A DNA stretch of 64,000 nucleotides, taken from Octopus bimaculoides (Eukaryota). Below are positions 36,293-49,036 of this stretch, one piece after another (the stretch's first letter is position 1; every line of letters starts with the position of its first letter). The notes beneath the pieces are model-generated. The model ran no database searches. It was not told the origin of the DNA and saw only the letters and a list, made by a program, of their open reading frames with translations. The stretch lies in assembly GCF_001194135.2 (NCBI RefSeq), contig NC_068982.1, positions 146,797,494 through 146,861,493 on the forward strand. Reading direction: 5' to 3'. The position numbers and the translations under genes were made by a program.

Positions 36293-37215
36293 CCTGTGAG
36301 AGAAACTTAGTAGACGGAAACTGTACAGAAACCCATCGAGTGTATTGTACCTATAATCTAAAGTGTCATCCTTGTTATACAATTCATTATGCTGTCTTTT
36401 TTTAAATTTTAATCTGAGGGATACCTTAAGAGTACACGTGTTTCTAGAATACTCAGTTGTTTTTACCATAGAGAAATAAGAAGGCAGTTCAGTTGATTAA
36501 ACATCTGGAATTGCTCATCGTCGAATACAGGAGCATTCCTTTTTATTTCTTAGTTGTTTGAAGTCGTTTACAGCACAATTCATGTCAGTAAACAAAGCTC
36601 TTTTCTAAGACTCCATAAAACTGACGTTGGAAATGGTATGGAGATTAGTAAACTAGAAAGAAATGTCAAACAGATATCCAAGGAGAAATTACGTAAAATA
36701 ATATTTTTTTCATTCAAAATTTTCTTTCACATTTCCGAGTGAACATTCATAATTAAGCGGAAACGAATCTATAATATTACGATCTGAGATCAAAGCAAAA
36801 GTAGTAACAACACAAAACAGAATATAACAAAACTATATTTGTTAAGAATTTACCGTGTTGGTTCATTGAGATTTTCAGGTGGGTGGTAAAAGTTAGAAAG
36901 CCAGGTGTTCAGGAGACTTGACACGTGGCAACAGTTTTTCAAACTGGAAAAATAAAAAGTAAACCTTTAATATATACCGCGTGCTTGTGTCTCCTTGCAT
37001 GAATAGATATTCACTCATTGTGGAATCTAATGTTCGCATCCATGTTGTAAGACGTATCATTTAATATTCCATGTATATACTACATATATTCACACAGACA
37101 TACACAGACACACACACATACCTATATACATACACATGTATTTATACATGTATGTATGTATGTATGTATGTATGTATGTATGTATGTATGTACGTGTGCG
37201 TTTGTGTGTCTATGA

Positions 37216-37250
<35 letters not shown>

Positions 37251-37376
37251 NNNNNNNNNNNNNNNNNNNNNNNNNNNNNNNNNNNNNNNNNNNNNNNNNN
37301 NNNNNNNNNNNNNNNNNNNNNNNNNNNNNNNNNNNNNNNCATACATAATTATATAAGTGTGTGTGTTGTATGTAAG

Positions 37377-37412
<36 letters not shown>

Positions 37413-37424
37413 GAGAGAGAGAGG

Positions 37425-37486
<62 letters not shown>

Positions 37487-37782
37487 CATACATACATACA
37501 TATGTATCTATCTACGTATATATGAGTGTCTGTATGTACGTATAAATTTACTTTACAAATATTCTAGTTTCAAGTGTTTGAGTTCAGCTATGCTGGGCAG
37601 TCCCTTCAATGCAACGCTTTATATCGCAACGGCTCCATTACTTTTTCACCGTCGTGTATATTTTTTCGATTCACTAATTTTAACACAGCCTCCGTTTTGC
37701 TTTAGATGAGCTTGTGTCAAACACGAGCCGTAAACATACGCGCGTACACGAATACATACACTCACACACCCATACATATAGC

Positions 37783-37965
37783 TGTGTGGTTAAGAGGTAG
37801 GCTTCTCAGTCATTTGATTTCAGATTCAACCTCACCGTGCGACACATTAAACGATATGTCTTCTACTATATCCTTGAGTGGACTTGTATCTTATGAGTAG
37901 ATATTTGTACTAATATCTTATGAATACAAAGCTGTTCAGAAGCCCATCGCATGTATGAATCTATG
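37783..37965 (+). mobile_element. SINE family B, degraded 5' half
   Basis: gctgtgtggttaagag...gattcaacctcaccgtgcgacac...tgtcttctactata...agaagcccatcgcatgtatg. Confidence 0.7.
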
Positions 37966-38484
37966 TATGTTTGTGTGCATGTGTATATNNNNNNNNNNAT
38001 ATATATTTACAGTTGGGTAGTTCTCGAATTTTATTGATGCACACATACACACACAGAGTCTCACTTTTATATATATAGATATGTACATATGTGTTTATAA
38101 GCGTGCGTAAAATACACCCCCCACACACGCACCGTGTTATAACTTAGAGATTCTTTAAATCCCTTAGATGTTTCATTACATACTTTAAGAATAAATATGC
38201 CTTTGTTTTGTTTGAATTAAAATATATTACAGGTATTATTGAATAACATTTCTGTAGAAATTACCATAATTCTATTTTGTGCCACAGCTATCAAAAGTGA
38301 AAATGTACATAGAAGCTGTATTATTAAACGTTTATATGTTTTAAAAAGGTAAATATTGTAATCAGATTAAGTTACTTTGTCTATTTAGAGCACAGTGCAG
38401 GGAGGTTGTTTATGTATTTCCTGAAGAAAGCTGTTATTTTTCTAATATAGATATTTTTTTTTACCAATGCATATTTAGCCGATA

Positions 38485-38885
38485 GTGGAGGCGCAATGGT
38501 CCAGTGGCTAGGGCAGCGGACTCGCGGTCATAGGATCGCCGTTTCGATTCCCAGACCGGGCGTTGTGAGTGTCTATTGAGCGAAAACACCTAAAGCTCCA
38601 CGAGGCTCCAGCAGGGGTTGGTGGCGAACCCTGCTGTACTCTTTCACCACAACTTTCTCTCACTCTTACTTCCTGTTTCTGTTGTTCCTGTAATTCAAAG
38701 GGTCAGCCTTGTCACACTGTGTCACGCTGAATATCTCCGAGAACTACGTTAAGGGTACACGTGTCCGTGGAGTGCTCAGCCACTTGCACGTTAATTTCAC
38801 GAGCAGGCTGTTCCGTTGATCGGATCAACTGGAAGCCTCGATGTCGTAAGCGACGGAGTGCCAACAACACAACAACAACAGCAAC
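38485..38885 (+). mobile_element. Full-length tRNA-derived SINE (possibly octopus OR1-like) with (CAA)n tail and TSD
   Basis: Head ggaggcgcaatggtccagtggctagggcagcggactcgcggtc...tttcgattccc; (CAA)n tail; flanks TTAGCCGATA and TTATCCGATA (9/10). Confidence 0.9.
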
Positions 38886-39629
38886 TTATCCGATAACAAC
38901 AAAAACAAAGCCGACATCCGGAGCGGAGTCCCTGGAACAATAAAATGATAACTCCACTGTAATTCGAAACAAAAGTCTTCCGAGAACCGTAGTATGTAGA
39001 CATCGGCGAAGAAATCGGTAGGTCAGTGCTCTTTGAGCAAAGTATCTTATGATATTTGTTCTATCACAAATTACACCGAATCACCCTCTTCTAACATGCA
39101 TCATCAGAAATATACTGAACTAACGGCTTGGTTGTTGAAAACCTGTAACCAAACAAATGCGATATAAAATAGATGAATATTTATTTATTTATCAGCTCTT
39201 TTAAGTCCAATAAATATGACAGCAGATTACGGAGAAAGCGATAGCAAGTGATGTGCATTTCCTAATCATGTAGATAGAGAGACATAACCTTCTTTCTAGT
39301 GAATAACCAAGTCATTACTCTATTGCAATCTTTAGGTCACGTATTTTCTCATTTAACTATTTTAATGAAATAAAACAAAATATTAAAATGGAATTATCGA
39401 TGTGAGAAGCTAATTATTGTCATAAAAGGAATTAAATGCATTTCTTGTAAGAGATATATTGATATTTTCACAAAATTTATCTATATTTATTGAACAATTA
39501 TCTCTTTATTAAACGATTATCTATCTACTGAAAATGTTTACCGTTTTAAAACAAATATAACAAATACACACACACACACACATATATATATATATGTATG
39601 TATGTTTATATATACACATATATATTATG

Positions 39630-39680
<51 letters not shown>

Positions 39681-39682
<2 letters not shown>

Positions 39683-39759
39683 CTGAGCGTTAAACTAATA
39701 CATCCTTTTGTTGTTTACACCACCTGTCCTCGTCTGTTGATTTTTTTTCGTAAATTCTC

Positions 39760-39821
<62 letters not shown>

Positions 39822-39898
39822 CTGAGCGTTAAACTAATACATCCTTTTGTTGTTTACACCACCTGTCCTCGTCTGTTGATTTTTTTTCGTAAATTCTC

Positions 39899-39900
<2 letters not shown>
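39681..39900. repeat. Perfect 81-bp tandem duplication interleaved with (TA)n
   Basis: 39681-39761 is identical to 39820-39900. Confidence 0.95.
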
Positions 39901-39934
<34 letters not shown>

Positions 39935-39954
39935 GCGCGCACACATATGCATAG

Positions 39955-40015
<61 letters not shown>

Positions 40016-40607
40016 CGTTTCTGTATATATTTTCATTCAATTAAATTTCATTCTTACTATAATTATTGTAATTCAAAACGGAATTATAATTTCAAATGAA
40101 ATCATTCACATTTAAAGCGAAACTGTTAGTAAATATCTATAGTTCAACCTTCTATATTTATAAATGCTGTTATCCAAAAAGTTGTTTGTGTGTAATCCTG
40201 CGAGTCGTTTCAAGGTTTTTATTTTGATTTTCAAAAATCTGACATGAATCTAGACCCTTGAAATGTCGTTGGAAGGTAACATGCTATCACAAAATCCTAT
40301 GTCTGTGGCTTGGTTAAGGAAATATGAGGTCATGTAAATACAGCATACAAAGTGGTGAAGAGAGAGAAGCCGGATGTTAGATTTCGGGTAAATCTGGTTG
40401 CCACGATCATCGATCGTGCATAATTGTAACCAATGTGAAAGGGAGGACATACAATGTAGGAAAAATCTTCATGATCAGCTCTATCAGATTGGCATGCGTG
40501 GGAGTAAAATGAATTTATTACACATCATCTGATTTCATATGTAAATAAAATAAATAAATAAAAATCCTGTCAAAACCTACTTGCTACAAGCTCAAAGCAA
40601 TTTAGTA

Positions 40608-41921
40608 CTGGGTGGGGAAGAGAAGACGGACGTTTTTGAAATGGCTATTACTCAGCCCCAGAGGTTGGGACATATGTCCGACAGGTACATTTGGTCTGTA
40701 GTGTCTTAGCAGTTTTTTTTTTCTTTTCAAATGAAGATATGGTGCTGTGGACGATAGTGCATCGCGTATTTGCCTACGACAGTTACATGAAGAATAACGA
40801 GTCTGCCACCGCAGTCCAGCGTGAATTTCGGCGCCGCTTTAACATTCACCGAAATCAGGCTGTTCCCTCCCGTAGCACAATCTTACGTTGGGTGAATGCA
40901 CTTCGTACACGAGGTACACTAATGAATAGGAGACCGGTGGGGGCGCCAGGAAGGGTACGGACCCCCGGAAAATGTGGAACGCGTCAGACAAGTTTTGATA
41001 GGGAGTTCGAATCGCTCTGCTCGGAGGCATTCCACTGAACTTGGCATCGGTAATCGATCGGTAAGGCGTATTTTGCATGAGGATCTGCATTTCCACCCGT
41101 ACAAATTGGTCATTGGGAAATGGTTGAAGCCATGGGACTATGTAAAACGGCTTAACTTTGCACGTCAGATGGAAGCAATTTTTGAGATAAATGCCAACTT
41201 TATTTTGTTAATGAGTGATGAAGCTCGTTTTCAGCTCAATGGCATGGTAAATCAACAGAGCTGTCGTTATTGGGCTCTAGAAAATCTGAGAGAACTGCAC
41301 GAAAGACCACTGCACAGCCCAAAAGTGACTGTCTGGTGTGCTGTTGGAGAAGCTGCACATTGGGCCTTACTTTTTTAAAGACAATAATGGAAATGCTGTT
41401 ACTGTGAACTCCGAGCGTTGCATCGAGACGATAAACAACTTCTTTGTGCCCATTCGACGTGTGTGGTTTCAGCAGGATGGGGCGCCGGCACACACAGCCA
41501 GAGCATCACTGGACGTTCTGCACCTTCTCTTCGGTGACCGTCTCATTTCCAGGTTTGCTAATAATCCTTGGCCTCCTCTGTCCTCTGATTTGTGCATATG
41601 TGATTATTTCTTGTGGGGAAACCTCAAGGCAGGTGTGTATGTGCATAAGCCCCGTACATTGGACGACCTGAACGAAGCTATTCGCGTGGAAGTCACCCAA
41701 ATCGACAGAGTAATGCTGGAGAGAGTGGAGACCAACTTCCAAGAACGACTTCAGAAATGCATGAATGAAAACGGACGCCACATGATGGATGTTGTTTTCC
41801 ACACTTGATTTTGACAAATGCTAATTCAATACACGTTGATGTCAATAAAATTTGTTTGCTGCTAAATTTAATAACTTTTGTGAATTTTTCAAAAAATGTC
41901 TATCCTTTCTTCCCCGTCCTG
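40608..41921 (+). mobile_element. Full-length Tc1/mariner DD41D (rosa-type) transposon, about 1.31 kb
   Basis: TA at 40606-07 and 41922-23. Left TIR CTGGGTGGGGAAGAGAAGACGGACGTTTTTGAA; reverse complement of right TIR CAGGACGGGGAAGAAAGGATAGACATTTTTTGAA. Internal transposase. Confidence 0.95.
40739..41808 (+). pseudogene. Frameshifted DD41D transposase
   Basis: HTH (AVQREFRRRF...PSRSTILRWV), MSDEARF, FQQDGAPAH, WPPLSSDLCICDYFLWG with 41 residues between the second and third Asp. Frameshifts near 40970 and about 41360. Confidence 0.93.
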
Positions 41922-42342
41922 TATAACTTGTCATATGGTCGGGCGGGCAGTGAGTAAACTAACCTACTCGCTCACCCAATTTACAGGATGATCATGTTGT
42001 GAGGACAGCACAGGAATTAAAATACTTCTGAAACTGTAGAAGAGCTTCTCATTGGAAGTCAATTGCCAACAATTGCTAGGGAGGAGACAGGCGTCACCAG
42101 CTTATCGCCCAGCTGAAACTCATAATGCCGGGTACCTACGGCTTGTTTATTCTTTGGATTTTGTGAGGACGGAATGTATCCAAGTATAGATTGTTTTGAT
42201 GATGAAGAATACTAATTTCCCCGGAAAAGTTTATCGGTCTTTTTAAAAAGACCCATGGGGCAATCTAGTCCTAAATATGCAAGAAAATATTACAGAATCA
42301 TAATGGTATTGGCGAAAACGCCTTGTAATATATATTTACACC

Positions 42343-42530
42343 AAGGTGGTGTGCTGGCAAAATTGTTACCGCGCCAGAGAAAATGCTTAGCGGCATTTCT
42401 TCACTTCTGAGTTAAAATGCCGCTTTTCATCCTTCTCGGGTCGATAAAATAAGTACCAGTTAAGTACTTGGTCGATGGAATCGATTTACCCCTCCCTCGA
42501 AATCGCAGGCCTTGTGCCAAAATTTGAGGT
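42343..42530 (+). mobile_element. SINE family A with internal deletions
   Basis: ggtggtgtgctggcaaaattgtta...aaatgcttagcggc...gggtcgataaaataagtaccag...ggccttgtgccaaaatttgag. Confidence 0.88.
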
Positions 42531-43989
42531 CGACTTTGTCTTTTATATATATGCACATATGTATATTTATACACATATATTTATATATTTATATATATAC
42601 ATATATACATACATACATACATGCATGCATACATATGAATATATATATTATATGTATATATAGATACAAACATATATATATGTATGTATATGTATCTTTA
42701 TAAGTATACACACATACATGTACGTATATATGTATGTAAGTTTGTATGTATACTTTTTGTTTTATGAGAAATTTCATTGTGTGCGTGTAACAGAGATCTT
42801 GCAAATTGACTGTATAATTCTAACATATATGTCGGACAGTGACCATAGTTTTGTTGGACAGCACGCACTGGCACATAATAGCACACACAGAAGGCGCGCA
42901 CGCACACACGCACACACACATATGCATAAAAACACAGACGTGCGCGCGTAGTCATACGAGTCCCAGGTCTGATTATGTCAACAACGCTGAAAGTCACTTT
43001 AATATTAAATGCTTACATTACATGCAAACCAGCCATACAGAAATGCAAATTTAAGCAGAACAAATGATGCTAACATAATTTACGCGCCTGTATCTACAAC
43101 TGATTTCTGCCACTATCATCCTTACAACAACCACCACTACCGCCACCACCACCACAAACAGCAATAACAATAACAACTTCACTATTGTTACCACCACTAC
43201 TCTTATAACAACTTCTACCTCAGCCACGACGTTAACTACGCCTCACTGATTCTGACTATTTCATTAATTTACATATTTCACATTGGCACAGGGCCACAAT
43301 TTTGTAAGAGATACTTAGTTACATTTAATTTATCAATGACGTATGGATGAGGAAAATAATTCAATCCTGGTATAATTTCTTTTTATTTTTACTCGTTTAT
43401 TTTATTTGTAATTTTATTCATTCATTTATTTATCTTTGCTTTTTGAATGGTTGCAGTCAGAAGTAAAGGAACTGAACCCATGCTTTTCACATTCTCTCCT
43501 AGTTAGAATGATTTTGTTGATGTTCAGTTTAAATGACTCCAATTCTTCTTATTCTTGTGCCATACCTGCTTATTTTAGAAGCCTTGGCGATCATGGTGCT
43601 CCATGTCAGTATCTGAATATTCATGATTTTTCTAGTGAAAAGCACAGCTGTGTTTCTCCGTTATTTTCTGTAGGTTTACTAACACCTTTATTCCTGTTCT
43701 CATAGTCTTCCGAGCGTATTCTCGAAGCACGAGGTTTAGAGAAGCTGGTTCACGTGATATCAGTATATATCTATACACCGGTATAACTGTCTAACATATG
43801 TCTAGAGATTAGTCCTTCCTCGAGTCATGACTTAGTCAGTCACAGGATCACCTTCCACTTCTTGATCAATAATTGGACCTTTGATAAGTACAAACATACC
43901 GGCCAAAGCTAACTTGGAATAATAATGACTAAGAGTAACTTTGTGCCCACCTCCAAACTACTAAACTCCTGAACAGAGGTCAAGCCATA

Positions 43990-44260
43990 TGGTGCAATTT
44001 AACGTCATGCCCAAGACACTCTAAGACAACGATTGCAGATGAAAAGATCGATGGGAAGGGAATTCCATAAAACTGATGTTCTGGCAGTGTGGGACGGTGA
44101 ACTAAGACATGTCTTAAAGGTGGCGAATACAAAGGAAGTAGCTATACCCAGTGATCTTAATTGGAAGACTGCTAACCAGCGGTAGAACAAACAAAATGAG
44201 GAGACAGCGCGTATGTGGACCACAGGTTGTATGCGTCAAAAGTTGGGGTAAATACCAAAT
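43990..44260 (-). mobile_element. CR1/L2/Jockey-type LINE ORF2 C-terminal remnant
   Basis: RAVSSFCLFYRW...RTSVLWNSLP, resembling the RRxVASLCLFYRY...RTxxLWNxLP terminus. Confidence 0.65.
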
Positions 44261-44884
44261 ACTGGTGTGCGTAACAGATGCTGGACAGTGTGACAGATGT
44301 AAGAATGTGTGCTAGATGCTGAGTGCTAGCTGCTCGAGTGTATTCTAAATTCTGGAGTATGGAGTGTTTGCTAAATTCTAGAGAGTGTGCCAGGTGTTGG
44401 ATTGTGTGCCAAAGAGTGAATGGTATTTGAGCACAGTATGTTGAGTAACGTAGCTAACAAGCTTATAACATCGAGTTCAGCGCTCTACCTTTTGTCTTTC
44501 CTGCTATATTAATGCCTTATCTAACAGATCTCTTTCCGTGGGACATACTGATATTTCATGCATATATGTTAGTAACAAATATTAAGTTAACCAAACATTA
44601 TTGCTGGTACTTATTCGAGCGTATGAGAAAACGTATATACGGTTACTAGACTTACTAGGAAATGCTACTAAAGTTCCCTCAAACTTAGGAACAGTGGAAT
44701 AGATTGGATGTCTGTGTTGGATACAGTATGAGCGAAACGAAAGTGGTGGTAACGGCTAGAAAATGGCCAAACGATATCCATTCGTCGTACTATGCCATGA
44801 AAATGATGATGATTATGGTGATGATGAAGAGGAGGAAGAAGAGGATAATGATGATGACAATAATAATGATAATAATGATAATAA

Positions 44885-45199
44885 TGTTTTCAAATTTTGG
44901 CACAAGGCTAGTAATTTCGGGACAAGAGTTAAGTCGATTACATCGACGCCAGTGATCAACTGGTCCTTATTTTATCGATCTATAAAGGATAGAAAGCAAA
45001 ATCGATCCTATCGAATCCTTTCTACTATAGGCACAAGACCTGAAATTTTGGATGTAGAGTATCTCGATTACATCGACGTTAATGCTGAACTTATACTCAT
45101 TTTATCGACCTCCGCAGAATTTGAACTCAAACGTACAGATGGACGAAACGTCACTAAGCATTTTGCCTGGCGTGCTAACGGTTCTGCTAGCTCACCGCT

Positions 45200-45259
<60 letters not shown>

Positions 45260-45388
45260 GTAATAATGATGATTTCAAATTTTAGCACAAGGCCAGCAAT
45301 TTCAGGGAAGGAGTAAGTCGATTGCATCGACCCCAGTGCTCAGCTGGTACTTACTTTATCGACCCCGAAAGAATGAAAGGCAAAGTCT
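44885..45388 (-). mobile_element. Cluster of three SINE family A pieces around (AAT)n
   Basis: Tail pieces at 44885 and 45270, a near-full copy at 45015-45200, and (AAT)n at 45201-45268. Confidence 0.9.
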
Positions 45389-46185
45389 GGCATATTTACG
45401 TAAAGCTCGTAGGGCAGACCATCCAAACTGGGTGACTTGCGCCTCGTGCAGCTGACAAAGCCATTCTGAATTTCGGCTGAAGTTATCTGCCATTCGCAGC
45501 GCTCAGTGTCGGCCATCGAGAAGTGCAGCAAGCCGTCGAAGTACTGACTGAAATCCGATACCATCTCTAAACTCGTCACTCCTTCCGAACAACTGAGCAA
45601 AGTGCTGGCAAAAGGCCTCACACATCTGTCTGGAATCTCTCAGCTCGTGTCCGTCTCGGTTCGTCAAAGATCGAATTTTGGTTTTGCTACCTAGCTGCGC
45701 CTCCACCATGCGGGCCCATCGAAAAGCTTTGGTCTCCTCGTTTCTCAGAGCACGTGCCTTAGTTCTGAATGCCATTCTTGGTGCTAGAACATCGGCTACA
45801 ATGCTACTACAATAGCCTCGTCTAACTTAGCTACTAGCTCCTCCTCCTTTCTATTTTTTCTAAGGCTACTTCTTTGCTAATCCCTATCGATATTACTCTA
45901 ATCTCTCTTTTGAGAGCCCCCCCCCCATCTGTTGTTGACCCTATGTGGCTGGTCCAGGTTCACACTGCCGCATTAGGGAAATTTCGTTGGTACCTGTTGG
46001 AACTGGCTGATCAGGTGCTTGAGGATTTTGTACCCCCCGCTTCTATCAGCTACTTCCACACAATCCAATTGTGCATCTAAAATGCCATTCCAGTCCCCCA
46101 CTAACAGTAAAGAGTGAGACGTACACAGAAAAGCTTCCAGACACCTAAAGAAATCCGGCCGTATGGCTCTGGTAGGGTTGTAGAC
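45389..46185 (-). mobile_element. L1/Tx1-clade ORF2 fragment: APE endonuclease plus linker to RT
   Basis: VYNPTRAIRPDFFRCLEAFLCTSHSLLLVGDWNGILD (APE GDFN motif), TWT..IDR, then QMCEAFCQHFAQLF and KSPSLDGLPYELY. Confidence 0.9.
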
Positions 46186-46321
46186 NNNNNNNNNNNNNNN
46201 NNNNNNNNNNNNNNNNNNNNNNNNNNNNNNNNNNNNNNNNNNNNNNNNNNNNNNNNNNNNNNNNNNNNNNNNNNNNNNNNNNNNNNNNNNNNNNNNNNNN
46301 NNNNNNNNNNNNNNNNNNNNN

Positions 46322-46400
46322 CCCTCCTCCTCCTCCTCCTCCTCCTCATCCTCCTCATCATCATCATCACCATCATCACCACCACCACCATCATCATCAC

Positions 46401-46443
<43 letters not shown>

Positions 46444-46860
46444 TGTCTCCTCCTCCTCCTCATCATCATCATCACCATCCTCCTCCTCCTCCTCCTCCTC
46501 CTCCTCATCATCATCATCATCACCACCATCATCATCATCATCATCACCATCATCATTAACACTAGTATTGTTGCCACGACCAACTTCGCCACCACCTCAG
46601 TCGTCACCACTATGATAATCACAACCATTACCACCATCAGCGTGACTACCATCAACACTATCACTGCCAAAACCATCAACCACCAGCATCTCTATCACCA
46701 CCACCACCATCACCACCACCACTAGTAGAGGCAACAGCAGTAATAACAACACTGTCATAGTTGTACATCACCACCACCGCCATCACCATCACTCTCAGCA
46801 GCAGCAACCATAACAACAGCAGCAGCATCAACAACAACAGCAACAACAACGATTGTCATG
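46322..46860. repeat. Compound (CCT)/(CAT)/(CAC)/(CAA) trinucleotide tract
   Basis: Directly visible. Confidence 0.95.
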
Positions 46861-47149
46861 CTATCACTAATGTTTCTAATGTCTACAAACCGGAAAAGAC
46901 GTCATAAACACACCATTTGGTCTTCCGCTTGGCTGGAACCGCAAAGCTATTTATCACGTAATTAAGTCGGCCATAATGACTGAGATTCTTTATTGTTATT
47001 CATTTTTATTGTTGTTATTGTTGTTGCTGCTGCTGCTGCTGCTGATGATGATGATGATGTTTCTGTTACACTTTTTTTTTCTTTAAGCCGGATCTAGTCA
47101 ATGGCCGATGGTCATTTCCTCTCAATTCATTTAGTTATTATTTATGTCT

Positions 47150-47343
47150 TCTTCTTCTTCTTCTTCTTCTTCTTCTTCTTCTTCTTCTTCTTCTTCTTCT
47201 TCTTCTTCTTCTTCTTCTTCTTCTTCTTCTTCTTCTTCCATCAATAGTTATTTTTTCTTTAATATTTTTGTTGCACTTTTCTATTTGTAGGATAGTCGAC
47301 AATAACAGTATTAAAATAGAAAAAAACCACCACCACCACCACC

Positions 47344-47400
<57 letters not shown>

Positions 47401-47530
47401 GTTGCTGCTGTTGCTGCCGTTGCTGCCGTTGCTGTCGTTGCTGCTGCTGCTACTAGTGTTACTACAGTTGCTGCTAATATTACTACTACTATTACCACCA
47501 CCACCACCATCTACACAACAGCAGCAGTAA
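47150..47530. repeat. (CTT)n tract followed by (CAC)(TAC)(TGC) compound repeat
   Basis: Directly visible. Confidence 0.95.
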
Positions 47531-48115
47531 TAACAACATTGATTTAACGAAGAAGTCCGTATAGGTACGAAACAGCAATATGTAGAAACAGAATAGAAAG
47601 TTTGGAAAATAAAATAAAATAAAACAACCGAAGCAAGAAACAAACAAACAAACAAAAAAAGACAATGCAAACAAGAACAAAACGAGAACGCTTATACTAA
47701 ACCAATCACTTTGTTGGAATTGTTAGAAATAGCAGCCAAACCACACCCTACAATATTTGAAATTGGACACGTTGAATAATGCAGTTTTAATTTTCCTATA
47801 CATAGGAAAAACAGTTGGAAAGCTTTGATCGTAAGGTCTACTCGATTAGTGCTGATTTGGAATTAAACGGTATAAAAACAAACGACTAATGATATAAAAA
47901 ATATTCTTGAGTGAGAAACTGCTCATTTTCTCCTGATTCTGTTTTTATTCATTGGACTGTGTCCATACTGGGGCATCGCCTCTTAGGAATATAATCGAGT
48001 TGAGCGATACTTGCCCCAATCTCATTGACATTCGAATTATAGAAGAAAGAGAGGACCTGGGTAGGATTTGGAATCAAAAGGACATAGTCAGTCCTGCAAT
48101 TCACTTAACGTGGTA

Positions 48116-48177
<62 letters not shown>

Positions 48178-48274
48178 TGATGATGATGATGATGATGATG
48201 ATAATTATTATTATTATTATAATTATTATTATTATCATTATTATAACGATTTCTTAATAATAGTAATAATAATT

Positions 48275-49036
48275 TATAACTTTAGTACAATGACAGCAGT
48301 TTTGAGGGGAGGGTTCAAGATGATGACATCGAGCTCAGTATCGGTACTTTATTGTACTGACCCCGAAAGGAAAAAAAATAAAGTTGACTTCGGTGGTATT
48401 TGAACTTGGGACGTAAAGAACCAGAAGAAGTGCCACTAAGCATTTTGTCTGATGCGCTAACAGTTGTGCCAGTTCGCCGCCTTACAATACTTGCTTCAAA
48501 TTTTGGCACAAGGCCAACAGTTTTTAGGTGGAGGGGCTAATTAATCCTTTCTACTACAGCCACAAGGGCTGAAATTTGGTGGGAGGGGGCAGTCGATTAG
48601 ATCAACCCCAGTACGCAATTGGTACTTAATTTATCGACCCCAAAAGGATGAAAGGCAAAGTTGACCCCGGTGGCATTTGAACTCAGAACATAAAGACAGA
48701 CGAAAGGAAGGGTTAATTAATAACATCGATCCCAGTATTTGAGTGGTACTTCATTTTATCGACTCAGAGAGGATAGAAGGTAAAATTGACATCAACGGAA
48801 TTTGAACCTAGAACGTAAAGAGCTGGAAGAAAAGTCATTATGCATTATGTCCGTCATTCTAACGATTTAGCTAGCTCGCAGCTTTCGGATACAATGCTAA
48901 ACAATGTTAAGAGATGCGTAAGTCGATAAAATCGACTCCAGTACATGACTGGTACTTTATTTCATCGACCCAGAAATTATGAAAGTTGAGGGGATGTTTT
49001 TACTCCAGACGTAAAGAGCCAGAAAAAAATATCGCA
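48275..49036 (-). mobile_element. Nested and tandem cluster of SINE family A copies, all in the same orientation
   Basis: Copy 48275-48483; copy 48490-48885 interrupted by an insert at 48546-48705 with a 16-bp TSD; fragment 48918-49036. Confidence 0.9.

Noticed and set aside
38487-38560. tRNA gene
   Set aside because: There is no complete cloverleaf. It continues into a SINE body with a tail and TSD.
46101-46725. Poly-Met/Arg and poly-Ile/His ORFs
   Set aside because: They consist of a compound microsatellite plus an N gap.
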